This document shows positions 50,801 through 63,749 of a DNA stretch of 64,000 bases, in pieces. The DNA is from Lama guanicoe (Eukaryota): positions 552,504-616,503 of the forward strand of contig MU056050.1 of assembly GCA_013239625.1 (NCBI GenBank). The letters run 5' to 3'. Every line of letters begins with the position of its first letter. The first letter of the stretch is position 1. The notes beneath the pieces are model-generated. The model had not been told where the DNA came from. It did not search any database and was given only the letters and a program-made list of their open reading frames with translations. The position numbers and the translations under genes are program-made.

Positions 50801-51659
50801 TATTTCTCTGAAATCTAACTTGTGTATTTCATATGGTGGGGGTGGGGGCCTAAAAAATCTATTATCTGATATGTGTTTGAGACACCCAGGAGACGTGTCA
50901 TGTATCTTTTATTCTGTACTTAATGGCACTCTATTGCTTCGCTAGATAGAGCTGTTCTCAGTGAGTACTGTATTTTTCACAGATCTCTGGCCCACTGGAT
51001 ACTGTCACTATTCTACTGGTGTGGTAGTGCCAGCTTATGTCATAGCCCTGTTCCATCAGACACCATAGCCTCTTGAGCGCACTGATGGGCAAACTGGGTC
51101 TTGCTGGTGCTGTACTGAGTAGAGAAGTACCCTGTGGATGGGTGCCATTGCTTTGATAGGTTCCTTTACGTTACTCAAGTTGCCTATGATAAAGTTTAGG
51201 ATGTGTGTATATGGCAGGGATGGGATCTTTCCGCAGAGCCCCAAAAAGTGTTGCTGAAGCCACTGATGTTTGAGTTTAGTGGAAAAACTCTTTTCCTTTC
51301 CACTAGGACACACACATGCACATAAGAGACCATGCTGCTCTCAAATATTATGCCCCTCTGATGGCTTCAGGTATGCTCACTGACTCAAGCTCTTTGTTCC
51401 TGTATCCTTTGTCCCTTAGAGTAAGTTTTCCTCCCAGCATTCCTTAAAAATAGGTTTCTGTTGGGCCATCCTATCCCACACTGCAGTGAACACAAGCAGT
51501 GGATACAACCTGACTTCCCACACAGGGGTTCCCCAGGCACTATGCAGACACACTTTTTTCAGACCAGCCTTATGTTTGCAAAACATTCTCTTACAAGCCT
51601 GAGCTCCAGGCAGAGAGACCATGATGCAAGCCGAATTCCTTTCACAATCAATTACCAAT

Positions 51660-51900
51660 AGGAGGGTGGAGTAGAAAGAGCTTGTGTGAGCCGTGAAATT
51701 GGACAGATGGGCTTGGGTTCCTCTCACACCTGCACACATTACTGGCTGGATGACCTTGTATGTTGTTAACTTTGAGCTTCAGTTGTTTCCTCATCTGTGA
51801 AATGGTACAATGACAACTTCCTTGCAGGGTCCTTATGATACATAAATTAGATAAATGCGTATAAAGCTTTTACCACAGGGTCTGATATAATAAGGGTAGC
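51660..51900 (+). mobile_element. MIR SINE
   Basis: cattactggctggatgaccttg...tttcctcatctgtgaaatggtacaatgacaacttccttgcagggt. Confidence 0.8.
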
Positions 51901-51911
51901 TAATCAAACAA

Positions 51912-52110
51912 TTTGTGAGTTAGAGACTGCTCTAAGTGCTATACAAGTATCACTTCATTTAAACATGTTCACAACCATCCTGTGAGGTAGGTACTATGAT
52001 CTCCATTTTATCAGTGAAGAAACTGAGTTGCAGAGAGATTAGGTAATTTGTCCAAGGTCACACAGCTAGAAGTGGCAGAGCTGAGAAGGAGGAGCTGGTC
52101 TGAATGAGTT
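51912..52110 (-). mobile_element. MIR SINE
   Basis: cctgtgaggtaggtactatgatctccattttatcagtgaagaaactgag...tttgtccaaggtcacacagctagaagtggcagagctg. Confidence 0.88.
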
Positions 52111-52783
52111 CTGAAATCCCACCCCCTACCCCCAAATTCTAGGATCCTACACACTGAATTAGTACAAGGTCATTGTATTACATAAATAGATATATTCACT
52201 CACCACCCCACTCCCCATGGCAGTCCCTCTATAAACCAGTATCAGGGCTAACACTAGTGAGGAGATAAAAGCATAAGTAGCTGCCTAACTTACTTTTATC
52301 TGAGAATAATTGAATATTCCTGGCAGCTAAAGGTTCTGAGCAGAGTGGCTCCTTAGGATTACGGACTTAAAAGAAGGCTTCATTGCAGCCCATCCTATCC
52401 CAGAGGTTTTCCCTGATGTTTATATCTCCAAGAAGGAGTAAGGCACTGGAAAGTAAAATTCAAATTGGTCTTTCCTCTTCCTAGGTCATGTGAGAGGTAC
52501 TGTGGCTTGCAAATGTTGGTATTGGGACAGATGATTTGCTCATAGGTGTATCTAGTTTTGGGGTGTGTGTGTGTGATAATTATTAACATTGACAATGAAA
52601 AGAAATACTAAAGAATAGATAATTAATGCAAAGCGAATCATACTGTAAAGAATGAAAATCTATATTCCTATCAAAAAAGTATGAAATCACACACACCCTA
52701 ACTGCATATGACTACCAAAAGCAAAGCAGGACAGTTTTAGAGCATACACAGAAAAAAGCTCTGATAACCTTGAGGATTTACCC

Positions 52784-52954
52784 CAGTGGTTTTGCAACTT
52801 TGCTGCAAATTCGAATTACTTGGGGAGATTTACAAACTCCTGATAATTCGGGTTGCACCTCATACTAATTAAATCGGAATGCCCGGGGCTGGGAGCCAGG
52901 CTTTAAAAGATCCCCCAGGTGAGTCCAATGTGCAACAAAATTTGGGAACCACTG
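52784..52954. mobile_element. MER5A1 hAT MITE, full length
   Basis: Inverted termini cagtggttttgcaactt ... aatttgggaaccactg; internal ccccaggtgagtccaatgtgcaac. Confidence 0.88.
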
Positions 52955-53419
52955 GTCTAGCCTATCTATACAGAAATCATCATTTTCCCCTAAAGGCTTA
53001 CTGAAGAGTCAATGACAAGGAAGCCTTCAAGGATCTGGCTTTATTTAGTAAATTAACCTCCAAGATAGGATTCCTGAGTATTAGAAAATCTTCCTTGAGA
53101 TCATGGGCTATGTTCTTACTTGGAAGGCATCTCTTCGTAAGATCTAGCCTCAAACTAGAAGAGATGAAAGTTGCTGAGGAGAGGGAAAAGAAACGTCTCC
53201 AGAATTTTTTTTTTAGTAGAAGGAGGTTGGTGAGTGATTTGGTTTTCATTTGTTGAGGCTGTATTTGCAAGAAACACCCAATATCTATAGGTTTGTTTCG
53301 GATGGCTGATGGAGATTGTGAGGGAAGATAAAAGTCATTATTTACCACCATTGACAAGAGGAATTTACACCTTTTCTGGTGGTCTGCAGGCAGAGAGGAG
53401 CAGTGAGCCTCCTCATAAG

Positions 53420-53720
53420 AGCTCGGGCTGGGAAGCAGGGCCCAGGTGAGAGCAAACAGCGAAGCTGGCAGCAGCGCTGCTGCTGGGGTGAGGGTGACGG
53501 CTTGTGGTTGAGGCAGTAGTGCCACTGCTGGGTGACCGGGATTAGGCAGTGAGGGCTGAGGAGCAGAGACCCTGGTCGCCCCTCAAAGTCTGGGCGGCCT
53601 CAACGCAGGGCAGGCCGTCAGCGTCAGGCCAGCGGATTCCCTCCGTGGCAGCCAGCCTTGAGCTGGCGTTTAAATCTGGCCAAGGTCAGGGCAAGTGCAC
53701 GGGGAAGCAGCCAGGCTCAG
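53420..53720. promoter_or_regulatory. Small GC/CpG-enriched candidate regulatory element
   Basis: 14 CpGs counted in 53424-53701 in an otherwise CpG-depleted window; no repeat recognised. Confidence 0.45.
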
Positions 53721-54187
53721 AAAAGCTGAAGAGTTGGCCCCTGCTGTTCCCTCCAGCAAGTTTCTCCAGCTGGTCCTGGAGGCCTCTAGGTCTAAGTTCA
53801 TTTGCTGAGAAAAGGTGATTGACGGGCCTTCTCTTGCTCACCCCACCCCAGCCCACCCCCACCAGTTTGCTTTTGTGAGGAGGGGCTCATTGCTCCTCTC
53901 AGCGGGCAGACCCCAGGAAGAAAGCCTACTTATGGTTACCAGCATGCCATATGCAGATGACTTGAGACAGGCAGCTTTTAACAAACACAATAGGTAGAAA
54001 CTCCCCAAGGGGGAAAAGGTGTTTCCTCCCACTAATACCAACTCCAATCAAGCTTTTCCTTTTTTGCTCTTTGGCCCCAGGTCAAGCAGACAGCATGATT
54101 TTGTGCAAAACGTCCTGGGGATGAGGGCTCAGATACAAACAAAAATGTTTTAGGTCTTGGGGGGGGAACCTTAGAAATCATGGAATC

Positions 54188-54330
54188 CAGTGGCTCTCCA
54201 AAAGCTGAGTGTGCATAAGAATCACCTGGAGGGCTTGTTGGCCCTCAGGTTGCTGGGCCCCACCCCAAGAAGTCAGGATTCCAGGGTCTAGGGTGACTTG
54301 AGAATTTGCATTTGCAACAAGTTGCCACGG
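54188..54330. mobile_element. MER5A fragment
   Basis: cagtggctctcc...gtgtgcataagaatcacctggagggcttgtt...gctgggccccaccccaaga...gagaatttgcatttgcaacaagtt. Confidence 0.85.
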
Positions 54331-55043
54331 GAACTTTTAGAACCAAAGTCTAACCCTCCCCAGCTGGGTTTCAGCATTGAGTTTAACAATCACCAGCTGT
54401 TACGAGTTTGCAATCTGAGTTTGCAATCTGAGGTGGCTTTTCTGGGCCTCCCTTTTCTCATCTCCGCAATTAGTGTGATAACCTGTGTCCTGCCTACCTC
54501 ACAGAGGTGTGTAATTTACAGAGTGGCTGCTATTGGGTAGTTACTCGGGCTTTTAGCAAGATCCCTCTGATTCGGCGTGGAGCAGTCACGTGCCTTTCAG
54601 GTCTGTGAACTTAGAAACAGTTCCCCCGGGTTGCTGGGTCAGAGTTTACTGCTGCGTTTCATTTTGCCGAGGATGAGAGAGGGAGATGCCGTCAAGCTGG
54701 GGGTAGGATGTATACCATTCTTTTTTTGTTGTTGTACTTTTCTCATTTGCATTTGCCTCTTAGCTTTGTTAATATTTCTAAGTATATTGGTTTTCCTTTT
54801 TCATGTAGAAAGTGTCTCAGTGTTTTCCTTTTCTGTTTCTCCCATATTCTTTAAGTTACAAAATTATTTACCATCTGATGTTAAGACCATGCGAGGATAT
54901 ATTCTGTTCTTATTTTCCTTGTGAATTTTTACCCTCTGGAGTTACGCTGGCATGTGTAAAGAAGTTCAGATCTTGGTTGCATTTTTCTTTTTCCTAAACA
55001 GCTAACCTCTGGTATCGTTTGTTGAGTGATCCCTTTCTTCTCT

Positions 55044-55195
55044 CTCTCTCTCTCTCTGTTTTGTTTTTTTTTTTGATGGGGTGGGGAGGTAATTAGGTTT
55101 ACTTATTTATTTTTGGAGGGGGTACTGGGGACTAAACCCAGGACCTTGGGTATGCTAAGCCATGCTCTCTACCACTTGAGCTAACCCCCCCCCCG
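55044..55195 (-). mobile_element. Camelid tRNA-Ala-derived SINE (vic-1 type variant)
   Basis: ggggaggtaattaggtttac...ggtactggggactaaacccaggacc...ctctaccacttgagcta; flanking repeat tttcttctct at 55034-55043 and 55197-55206. Confidence 0.88.
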
Positions 55196-56287
55196 TTTTC
55201 TTCTCTTTCGATGTGTGACTCTGCATTCTTTAGTACTCTAGGAATGTAGAATAGGAGTGAGATTTGTGTCCAAGCTCATTTCAGGTGGGGAAGCTGAGAC
55301 CCAGAGCAGTTAACTGGTTTTCCTATTTAATGGAGAAGCCTTGACTAAAAACCATGGTCTCTGACTTCTGATAGATCTGCGTCTTGTCTCCAGGGACATT
55401 TGACAGAAGATGGTTAATTAACCAGCCACAAAGTAAATAAGCACGACCTAGTCTCTGAAAGGAACAGACCAGCCTTCCTCACCAATTCCAGAGAAATCAG
55501 CAAATATTTCCTGCATACCTACGTCAGTGACTTGTATGAGACATTGCTGGAGGTAGAGAAGCAGGTGTCACTATTTCTGGTGACAAGAGCTCAAATCTAG
55601 TTGGAAGAAAGATGGTATGTGAGATATTTCCATTTTTACACTTGTGCATATTGATTCACTCAACTCTGCAGCAGGAAGACCCACAGGGTGTGGGCTTTTC
55701 TTAGGAAAGATTTCACAGAGGAAAGAGGACTTGAACCCAAAGATGGCAGTATCCCCTATTTGGGTAGGGCTAAAAAGGGAAGAAATTGTCTCCATAGGTC
55801 CTGTGTTTAAATTCACACAAGACCTGAGAGGGGCCTAAACTGTAAGTAAAGCCTGACCCCAGGGGTAGGTGAAGGAATGGGATATTGCCTCAGGCCAGAG
55901 GGCAGACCTGGGTGATGTGATGGAAGTCCTGTGGTGAGGAAAGTACCTAATAGGCCACTCCCATTTTCTACTGCAGGCTATGACCAGGGCTCTCTCAGCT
56001 CTCTACTTTATCAGAAACAAATGCTCCTAGATAAATTTTTTTATACAAAAGAGTGCACTCCTTATTTCCTCACTTGCTTCCTGTCTCTGTCCATTTTTTT
56101 TTTTGCGTTGCATGTATTTATAGACTGAAGACTAAAAGTTTGGGATAAAGGTGATAAACAATTCATAACTGAAATACATATTGATAAGGTATAAATAGCA
56201 CAACTAAAAATGTGCAAGAGGAAGAGAAGGAAGAGAAAATAGAATAAGCTCATGGATTATTACATAGGCATATGGGAGTCCAAGCAC

Positions 56288-56850
56288 TTTTTTAAATAGA
56301 CTTTATTTTTTAGAGCAGTTTTAGGTTCACAGCAAAACTGAGCAGAAGATCCACAAATCTTTCACATACCTCTTGCTCCCACATATGCACAGCCTCCCCG
56401 ACATCCTACACCAGAGTGGTTCATTTGTTACAATCAATTAACCTACGCTGACAAGTCATTATCACTCAAAGCCCATAGTTTACATTAGGGTTTACTCCTG
56501 ATACACATTCTTCAGGTTTTAAGAAATGTATAATGGCAGATATCCACTAGTACGTATCAATTAGCAATAATCGCGCCTTGGAGAAACCTCACTGGCTATG
56601 GTACTGCCACTGCAAAGCTCCACCATTAGCTTCACTGCCCTAAAAATCCCCTATGCTCTGCATATTCATCCATTCCCTCCCTTAACCCCTGGCAACATTG
56701 ATCTTCTTAGTCTCTGTAGCTTGGCCTTTTCTAGAATGTCATTTAGTTTGAATTCTACAATATATAGCCTTTTGAAATTGGCTTCTTTCACTTAGTAATA
56801 CGACTTAAGGTTCTTCCATGTCTTTTCATGGCTTGATAACTCAGTCCTCT
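56288..56850 (-). mobile_element. Old L1 (L1MA/MB-type) 3' UTR, same subfamily as 7838-8350, hosting the U4 copy
   Basis: agagcagttttaggttcacagcaaaactgagcagaag...ttcactgccctaaaaatcccct...ggcttctttcacttagtaata align by eye with 7860-8350. Confidence 0.9.
56557..56619 (-). pseudogene. RNU4: 3'-truncated U4 snRNA retropseudogene (U4 nt 1-65)
   Basis: Reverse strand AGCTTTGC--AGTGGCAGTACCATAGCCAGTGAGGTTTCTCCAAGGCGCGATTATTGCTAATTGA versus recalled mammalian U4 AGCTTTGCGCAGTGGCAGTATCGTAGCCAATGAGGTTTATCCGAGGCGCGATTATTGCTAATTGA: 5 substitutions and a 2-nt deletion; no Sm site or 3' stem-loops. Confidence 0.95.
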
Positions 56851-56854
56851 TTTT

Positions 56855-59800
56855 CTCCCATCTCTACTGAGATACATTTGGTGTGTAACATTGTGTTAAG
56901 TTTAAGGTATATAATGTGATGATTTGATAGAAGTGTATATTGTGAAGTGATTACCACATTAAAGTTAGTTAACACATCCCTTACCTCACATAGTTATCTT
57001 TTTTGGTGGTTATTGTTGTGAGAACGTTTAAAATCTACTCTTAGCAACTTTGAAGGATACAATATAGTATTGTTAACTATAGTCACCATACTGTACATTA
57101 GATCTCCTGAACTTTTTCATCTTACAACTGGAAGTTTATACCCTTTGACTAACATCTCCGCATTTCCCCTAATTTGCAGCCCCTGGCAACCACCATTCTA
57201 CTGTTTCTATAAGTTTGGCTTTTTTGAGATTCTACATTTAAGTGAGATTGAACAGTGTCATTCTCTGACTTATTTCACTTAGCGTAATGCCCTCATGGTC
57301 CATCGATGTTGTCATAAACTCAGGATTTTCTGGGTTTTATGACTGAATAATGTTTCACTGTGTGTGTTCACACACAGTCACATTCTCTTTATCCATTCAT
57401 TCATGCACAGGCACTTAGATTGTTTTCAGGTCTTGATGTTGTGAATACTGGAAACAATGTTGCAATAAACACCAGGAGTAGGGAGGGGTGCAGATACCTC
57501 CTCGAGATAATTATTTCATTTCCTTTGGCTATATATTCAGAAGAGGGATTTCTGGATCATAGAGTCGTTCTATTTTTAACTTTTTGGAGGAAACTTTATA
57601 CAATTTTCCATAGTGGCTGGACCAATTTACATTCCCACCAACAGTGTACAAGGGTTCCCTCTTCTCTACATTCTCACCAACACTTGTTTTCTCTTTTTGG
57701 TAATAGTCATCCAAACAGGTGTGAGGAGATACCTCAATGTGGTTTTAATTTTCATTTCCCTGATGGTTAAAGATGTTGAGGACCTTTTCCTATACCTACT
57801 GAACATCTGTCGATTTAGGTCCTTTGCCTATTTTTTAATTGGATTATTTATATTTTGGATATTGTATGAGTTCCTTATATATTTTGGATGTTAACCCCTT
57901 TTCATATAGATGATTTGAAAATATTTTTTCCCATTCCATAGGTTGCCTTTTCGTTGATGTTTCTTTGGCTGTGCAGAAGCTTTTTTGTTTGATGTAGTCC
58001 CACTTGTCAATTTTTGCTCTTGTTGCCTGTATTTTTAGTGTCATATCCAAAAAAAACTTTGCCAAGACCCATGTCAAGGAGCTTGTCATAGGGAAACTAT
58101 GTTTTCTTCTAGAGTTTAGTTTTATGGTTTCAGGTCTTATATTTAAGTCTTTAATCCATTTCAAGTAAATTTTTGTGAGTGGCATTAAGATGGGAGTCCA
58201 GTTTCATTCTTTTACATGTGGATAACCAGTTTCTGCAACACCATTTATTGAAGAGATTATCCTTTCCCTATTGAGTATTTTTGGCTTCCTGCTCAAATAT
58301 TGAGAATATGTGAATCAGCTTATTTTTGAGCTCTTGATTCTGTTCTACGTTCTGCGTATCTGTTTTTATGCCAGTACCATACTGTTTTGAATACTATAGC
58401 TTTGTAATTAATATAGTTTGAAATCAGGAAGAGTGATCCCTCCAGCTTTGTTGTTCTTTCTCAGGATTTTTTTTTTTTTTGCCTACTTGGAGTCTTGCGG
58501 TTCCACACAAATTTTAGGATTGTTTTTTCTAGCTCTGTTGAAAATGTTACTGGAATTTTGATAGGAATTGCATTGAATGTGTAGATGGCTTTGGGTAGTA
58601 TGGACATTTTAACAATATTCTTTTTAACCGTGAAATTGGGATATCTTTCCCTTTGTGTCTTCAATTTATTTCCTCAATGTCTTACAGTTTTTGGTGTGTA
58701 GATCTTTCACCTCCTTGGTTAAATATATTCCTAAGTATTTTACTGTTTTTCATGTATTATAAATAGGATTGTTTCCTTTATTCCTTTTTCATATTTTGTT
58801 CTTAGTATATAAAAATTCTGTTTTTGTATGTTAAGTCTATATACTGCAAATTTACTGAATTCATTGATTAGTTCTAACATTTCTTGGTGGAGTCTTTAGA
58901 ATTTTCTATATATAAGAGCATGTTATCTGCAAACAGACAATCTTACTTCCTTTCTGATTTGGATGTCTTTTGTTTTTGGATGTCTTATATTATTTTTTCT
59001 TGCCTACTTTCTCTGGCTGAGACTTCAGTATTATCCTGAATAGGAGTGGTGATCGTGGGCAACCTTGTCTTGTTCCTGTTCTTAGAGGAAAAGCTTTCAA
59101 CTTTTCACCATTGAGTGTGAAGTTAGCTATGGGCTTATTGCAAATGGCCTTTATTATGTTGAGGAACATTCCTTCAATACCTGATTTGTAGAGAATTTTT
59201 TATGAAAGGATGTTGAATTTTGTCAAATGCATTTTCCCCATTTGTTGATGATCTTTTTTTTAATCTTTCATTCTATTAATGTGGTATGTGACATTTATTG
59301 ATTTGTATACTTTGAAATTTTCTTACGTCCCAGAGGTAAATCCCAGTTGATCATGTGCTGTTGAATTCATTTTGCTAGTATTCTGTTGAGGAATTTTGCA
59401 TCTACCTTCATTAGGGATATTGGTCTGTAATTTCTTGTAGTGTCCTTATCTGGTTTGGCATTAGGCCTCATAAGTTTGGGAGTATTCCCTCCTCTTCAGT
59501 TTTTTTTAGTAATTGTTTGAGAAGGATTGGCATTAATTCTTTAAATGTTCGGTAGAATTCACCAAGGAAACCATGTGGTCTTGGACTTTTCTGTGTTGGG
59601 AGTTTCTTGATTACTGATTCAATTTCCTTATTCATTATTCTATTCAGATTTTCAATAGCTTCATGATTCAATCTTGGTAAATTGTGTATTTCTAGTAACT
59701 TATCCATTTCTTCAATTTGTTGATATATAATTGTTAATACCCATTCCTTAAAAGTCTTTGTATTTCTGTGGTATCAGTTACAATGGTTGCTCTTTCATTT

Positions 59801-60315
59801 ATAATTTTGAGTCCTCTCATTTTTTGTGGTTAGTTTAGCTAAAGATTTCTCAATTTTGTTTATCTTCTCAAAAAACCAGCTTTTAATTTCATTGATCTTT
59901 TTTCTATTTTCATATTCTCTATTTCATTTATTCTCAAATCTTCATTTCCATCTTTCTACTCAGTTTGAGCTTAGTTTGTTCTCCTTTTTTTAGTTCCTTG
60001 AGATGTAATGTAACATTGTTTGAGATCTTTATTACTGATGTAGGCACTTACACTATAACTTTCCTTTTAGAACTGCCTTTGCTGCATCCTGTAAGTTATG
60101 ATATGTTGTGTTTCCATTTTTATTTGTCTCAAGATACTATTTCATTTCCCTTTAATTTCTTTGATCCATTAGGTGTTCAGTAGTGCATTGTTTAATTTCC
60201 ACATATTTGGGAATTTTCCAATTTTCCTTCTGTTACTGATTTCTGGTTTTATACCATTGCAGCCAGAAAAGATACTTGATAAAATTTTAATCTTTTTGAA
60301 TTTCATAAGACTTTT
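56855..60315 (-). mobile_element. ~3.4-kb 5'-truncated degenerate L1 (most of ORF2 plus 3' UTR)
   Basis: ORF2p pieces 59468-59707(-) MDKLLEIHNLPRLNHEAIENLNR, 58461-58664(-) [22 protein letters not shown], 57844-58185(-) KWIKDLNIRPETIK...KIDKWDYIKQKSFCTAKET. Confidence 0.96.
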
Positions 60316-62807
60316 TTAACTATTTTCAACAACTATCACCATTAATAGTTATTTTTGTTGTTGTTTTAACCTGCCTAGGTCATGACTGTCTATATATGAC
60401 CTTCATATCCTCTTTTTATTTAAATCCTCACCATGGCCTATGAGATTTCTGCTCTCAGGAAAGGGCCATGATCCTGGATGTACTGTTGTAGACTTACTTG
60501 AAAAATTATTATCTTTGGACAGTGTACTTTAGAAGGGAGGATGAAAAAAAGTGTTTTCTTATAATTACTAAGAGGTTGTCATTTTCCTTGACCAAATAAA
60601 GTATTTCTAATGGAAAAGCCCCGATGACTTAGTCCAAGGATTATCTTTTAGGCTTTATGAACTTAGTTAAAGGTTTTACTTTTTTTTTTTTGCTTCTCCA
60701 TGCTTTGCAAAGATTAGCACCCCGAGTCGGTCCACTACCCCTTAAACACCTTCCTTGTATTCTCGGGGGCCCCCAATGCCTGCAACGTGGGTAATAGTAA
60801 CTTACAGAACACTTGAACAGAGCTTTCTCTTTACACATGGCCCCTGTCAATCTGTTCCTGGTCTGGCAGCAGTAAGTGCCTCCTTATGAGACAGAACATT
60901 TCTTGGTTGGGATTATTGTGCTCCTCTGGATGGTTAGTCCATTAGTGTTTGGCATCTTGCCCCAATGCCACTGTGACCTTCTCCAACTGCCCAGAAACAT
61001 ACTACATGTCATATATATCCTATTGCTGAAGCACTTAAGACCCTGTTGAAATTCAAAATTCTACAGATGCCAAAAGCTGTACTTTTAATCAGGCAGACAG
61101 GAAGCTCAGCACTGTGAGGGAAGTCTGGGGCCACTGGAGAACTGTATTACCCCCTTGCTCCAGCCTTCATGAGGAGAACTCCATATAGCCAGACTTCTAG
61201 TCCCCTCCCCTTAGTAGCCTCTGCTTCAGAAGGTTTTAGTCTAAAGTAAGGCTGCAATCTCAAAGTCATAGAACAATTAACTTTTTGCTAACTGGAAGCC
61301 TGAAGTGAATAAATTGGTCTCTCCCTGCCCTCATTTCTAAAGGCAGGCACACACCTCAAAAGTTACTAGGCTGGACAGCCCCCACCACCCAGTGAACCAC
61401 TCACCCCCAGCCACAGAAAAGAGGGAGGCCAAAAGGGGGAGTGGGAGAGAAGGAGTCAGGGTAAGAGGGATGGTTAGCTGTGATGGGAGGGGACAAGTAG
61501 CCCAGCAATTTTTGACTCTTCCCTTCCCATCTTGCCACACAGTTTTTTTTTTTCCTTTTGTAGTATCTTTTCCATTAAGAACTTCCAGGCAGAGGACTGA
61601 AGATGTAGCTCCTTTACCGTAAGAGTCAGTTGGTTAATACTTGGGCTCTCTACGGCACCAACCACCCTAGATTTTCATCTAGGTTCACTGGAAGTTGGTT
61701 GAAATTTCCTCTCCAAGTTCTTCTCTTCTATGCCATCCCCCAAACACATCAAACGCCCAGAGCGCCCTTTGGATGCCTGGACAGTGCCTAGCTCATTTGC
61801 TCAGGAGACCCAGAAATGTATTTTCAGTATAACTTTCACTGTGTCCTCCTCTCTCACCTTGGGGCTACTTTGCTTAAACAGAAATGCAGGTCTAGACATA
61901 ACTGTTGCCTTTTAAGTTCTGGGTGTAATGGATGAGAAAAACCAATGGCTGCTTGGTTTTGCTGATACTGGTATAATATGACACCATAACCACATCCTGG
62001 ATTTTGCATCTTCTCCATGAAACATCTATTTTTCCTGATTCTGTGTCTTTACCTTTTTGATAATGCTAAGTCTTAGACTGATTGGATTTTGTTTCCTTTG
62101 TATCCCCATAATGAATAGTTCACTTATGTAAATGCCCTTTACCCAAGTAATTGTGGTAGATGAGCTGTTACGCCTCCCTTCTCTTTTCTCAGTGTGGACC
62201 TCTATTAGGTTATTCTTATTCTGAGAACTCTGCAGTATTAATTTTTTCCCCACAGTTAACAACTGTTTTTAAATAGAGGTTATTTTTTAATGCCCAGAGG
62301 CACATTCTTATAACTTTGTAGCTTCTTTGATGTTCGTTATATGAAAACAAATACAACAGAACCTGTTCTGTAGTCTGTCTTTGTCACAGGGGGAGGGAAA
62401 TCAAATAGGATATTGACAATTCAGACCTGAAGGTTGTCAGAAAAGCAAAATGTTAAGAGATTCTGCAGGGCATAAAGGGCTTCCGCTCAGGTGTGCTTGA
62501 CCAAGCTAATGGCCTCCAGATGGGTGTAGGGGAGAGGTGGTATTGAAGAGAAGTTTTGTGTATAAACACCCGGGGAGCAAAGAGACCAATGGGATCGTAG
62601 TGCAGATGGGGGTGAGTAGACAGGGCAAGATGGTTGATGGTTGTATCCAGGCTGTACCAGTGACTAGATTCAAGTCTTACAGCAAGATGGGCTATTAGAA
62701 CAAGCCATTATCGAAAGGAAGGGGCCCTGCTGTGCTCAGGTTTCAAAGTGTAACACAGAATGAGCAAGGGGAAGGGGTGATAGATCAGATATTTAACCTG
62801 GCCCTCC

Positions 62808-63370
62808 TGTAACATTTGTAATATTTACAGGACTCAGAGAAAGAATTCAGTTAGAGATCCGGATACCATGTCTAAAAATACTTGAAATGTTTAAATCAAC
62901 TAATGAACCGTTAAATAAGTTATCTCCTCCCATGACAAATGTACCTTCATAACGACCTAAAAGTGCAGGTTGGGATTTAGAATTCTCAGACTCCTACGTT
63001 CTGCTCCAGTGGTTTGGGAAGAGCTCCCCACCTCCCTCTTGCCCGTGCTCCGGCTCCCAGACCAGGCCCCATCCCCCGCTTGGGGCATACAGTCCCCCTC
63101 GGGCCTGGGAGCACAGCCCCCGGCAGTGCAGTCAGCCCTCGCCAGGACAGCTCTAAGAGGAGCACGCAGGCCCTGGCAGCAGGCTGGGGACTGTTGAGGG
63201 GGGCCAGGTACCTGGAGCATGAGCTAGCAGGGGCACACCTCCCACTCCCATGGGCTGGGCTCCTGGCCCTCTAGGGAGGGGTATGGTTGGAAGAGGGCCC
63301 AAGTGGGGCCTCTAAAGCAGGAGCTCAAGACAGAGGCCCCTCTTGCCTGGGTCTACAAGCAATACTACAT
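62808..63370 (+). mobile_element. MER96B-like hAT-Tip100 non-autonomous transposon
   Basis: ataccatgtctaaaaatacttgaaatgtttaaatcaactaa...gacaaatgtaccttcataacgacctaaaagtgcaggttgggatttagaattctcagactcct then a GC-rich half ending gaggcccctcttgcctgggtct. Confidence 0.8.
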
Positions 63371-63749
63371 TAACTAGGACACATAAACACTAACAAGTCA
63401 GAGGCAATTTGAAGCCTCTCAAATCACACCAAATGGAAAACTGTCTATTGGCCTACCCTTTTCCTTCAGATAATGATGACAAGGGGCCTGTGCCTTTGAC
63501 CCACCATGCGGCACTAGCCATAAGGAATTCATGATAATACATTTTAAAATGTCAACAATGGTGATTTAAAAAGGGTTATGGAAGTGTTAAGTTTACTACA
63601 CTTTAACAGGCATTAGTGGAGTACCTACCAAGTGAAAAAACTCAGTGCTTAGGACTTCGGGAAAGAAAGACAAAACCTTCTAAGGTCCCAACCATTCAGA
63701 AGTTCACAGTCCAGTGGTGGGGTGGGGGCAGTAGATACACGTATGTATA

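Noticed and set aside
52998..53525. 175-aa minus-strand ORF
   Set aside because: Crosses an A-run, low-complexity N-terminus, no recognisable family; openness explained by local GC content
53515..53536. CTCF-like motif (reverse CCAGCAGTGGCAC)
   Set aside because: One base short in the core relative to the CCASYAGRKGGCRS consensus
56557..56619. Functional U4 snRNA gene
   Set aside because: Lacks nt 66 onward (Sm site and 3' stem-loops), has a deletion in the stem II region, and its upstream flank is L1 sequence rather than an snRNA promoter
56855..60315. Active L1 or domesticated reverse transcriptase
   Set aside because: ORF2 is broken into short pieces by stops, frameshifts and deletions; no 5' UTR or ORF1
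62957..63300. GC-rich stretch with ORFs, possible promoter or exon
   Set aside because: Explained by the GC-rich half of the MER96B-like transposon
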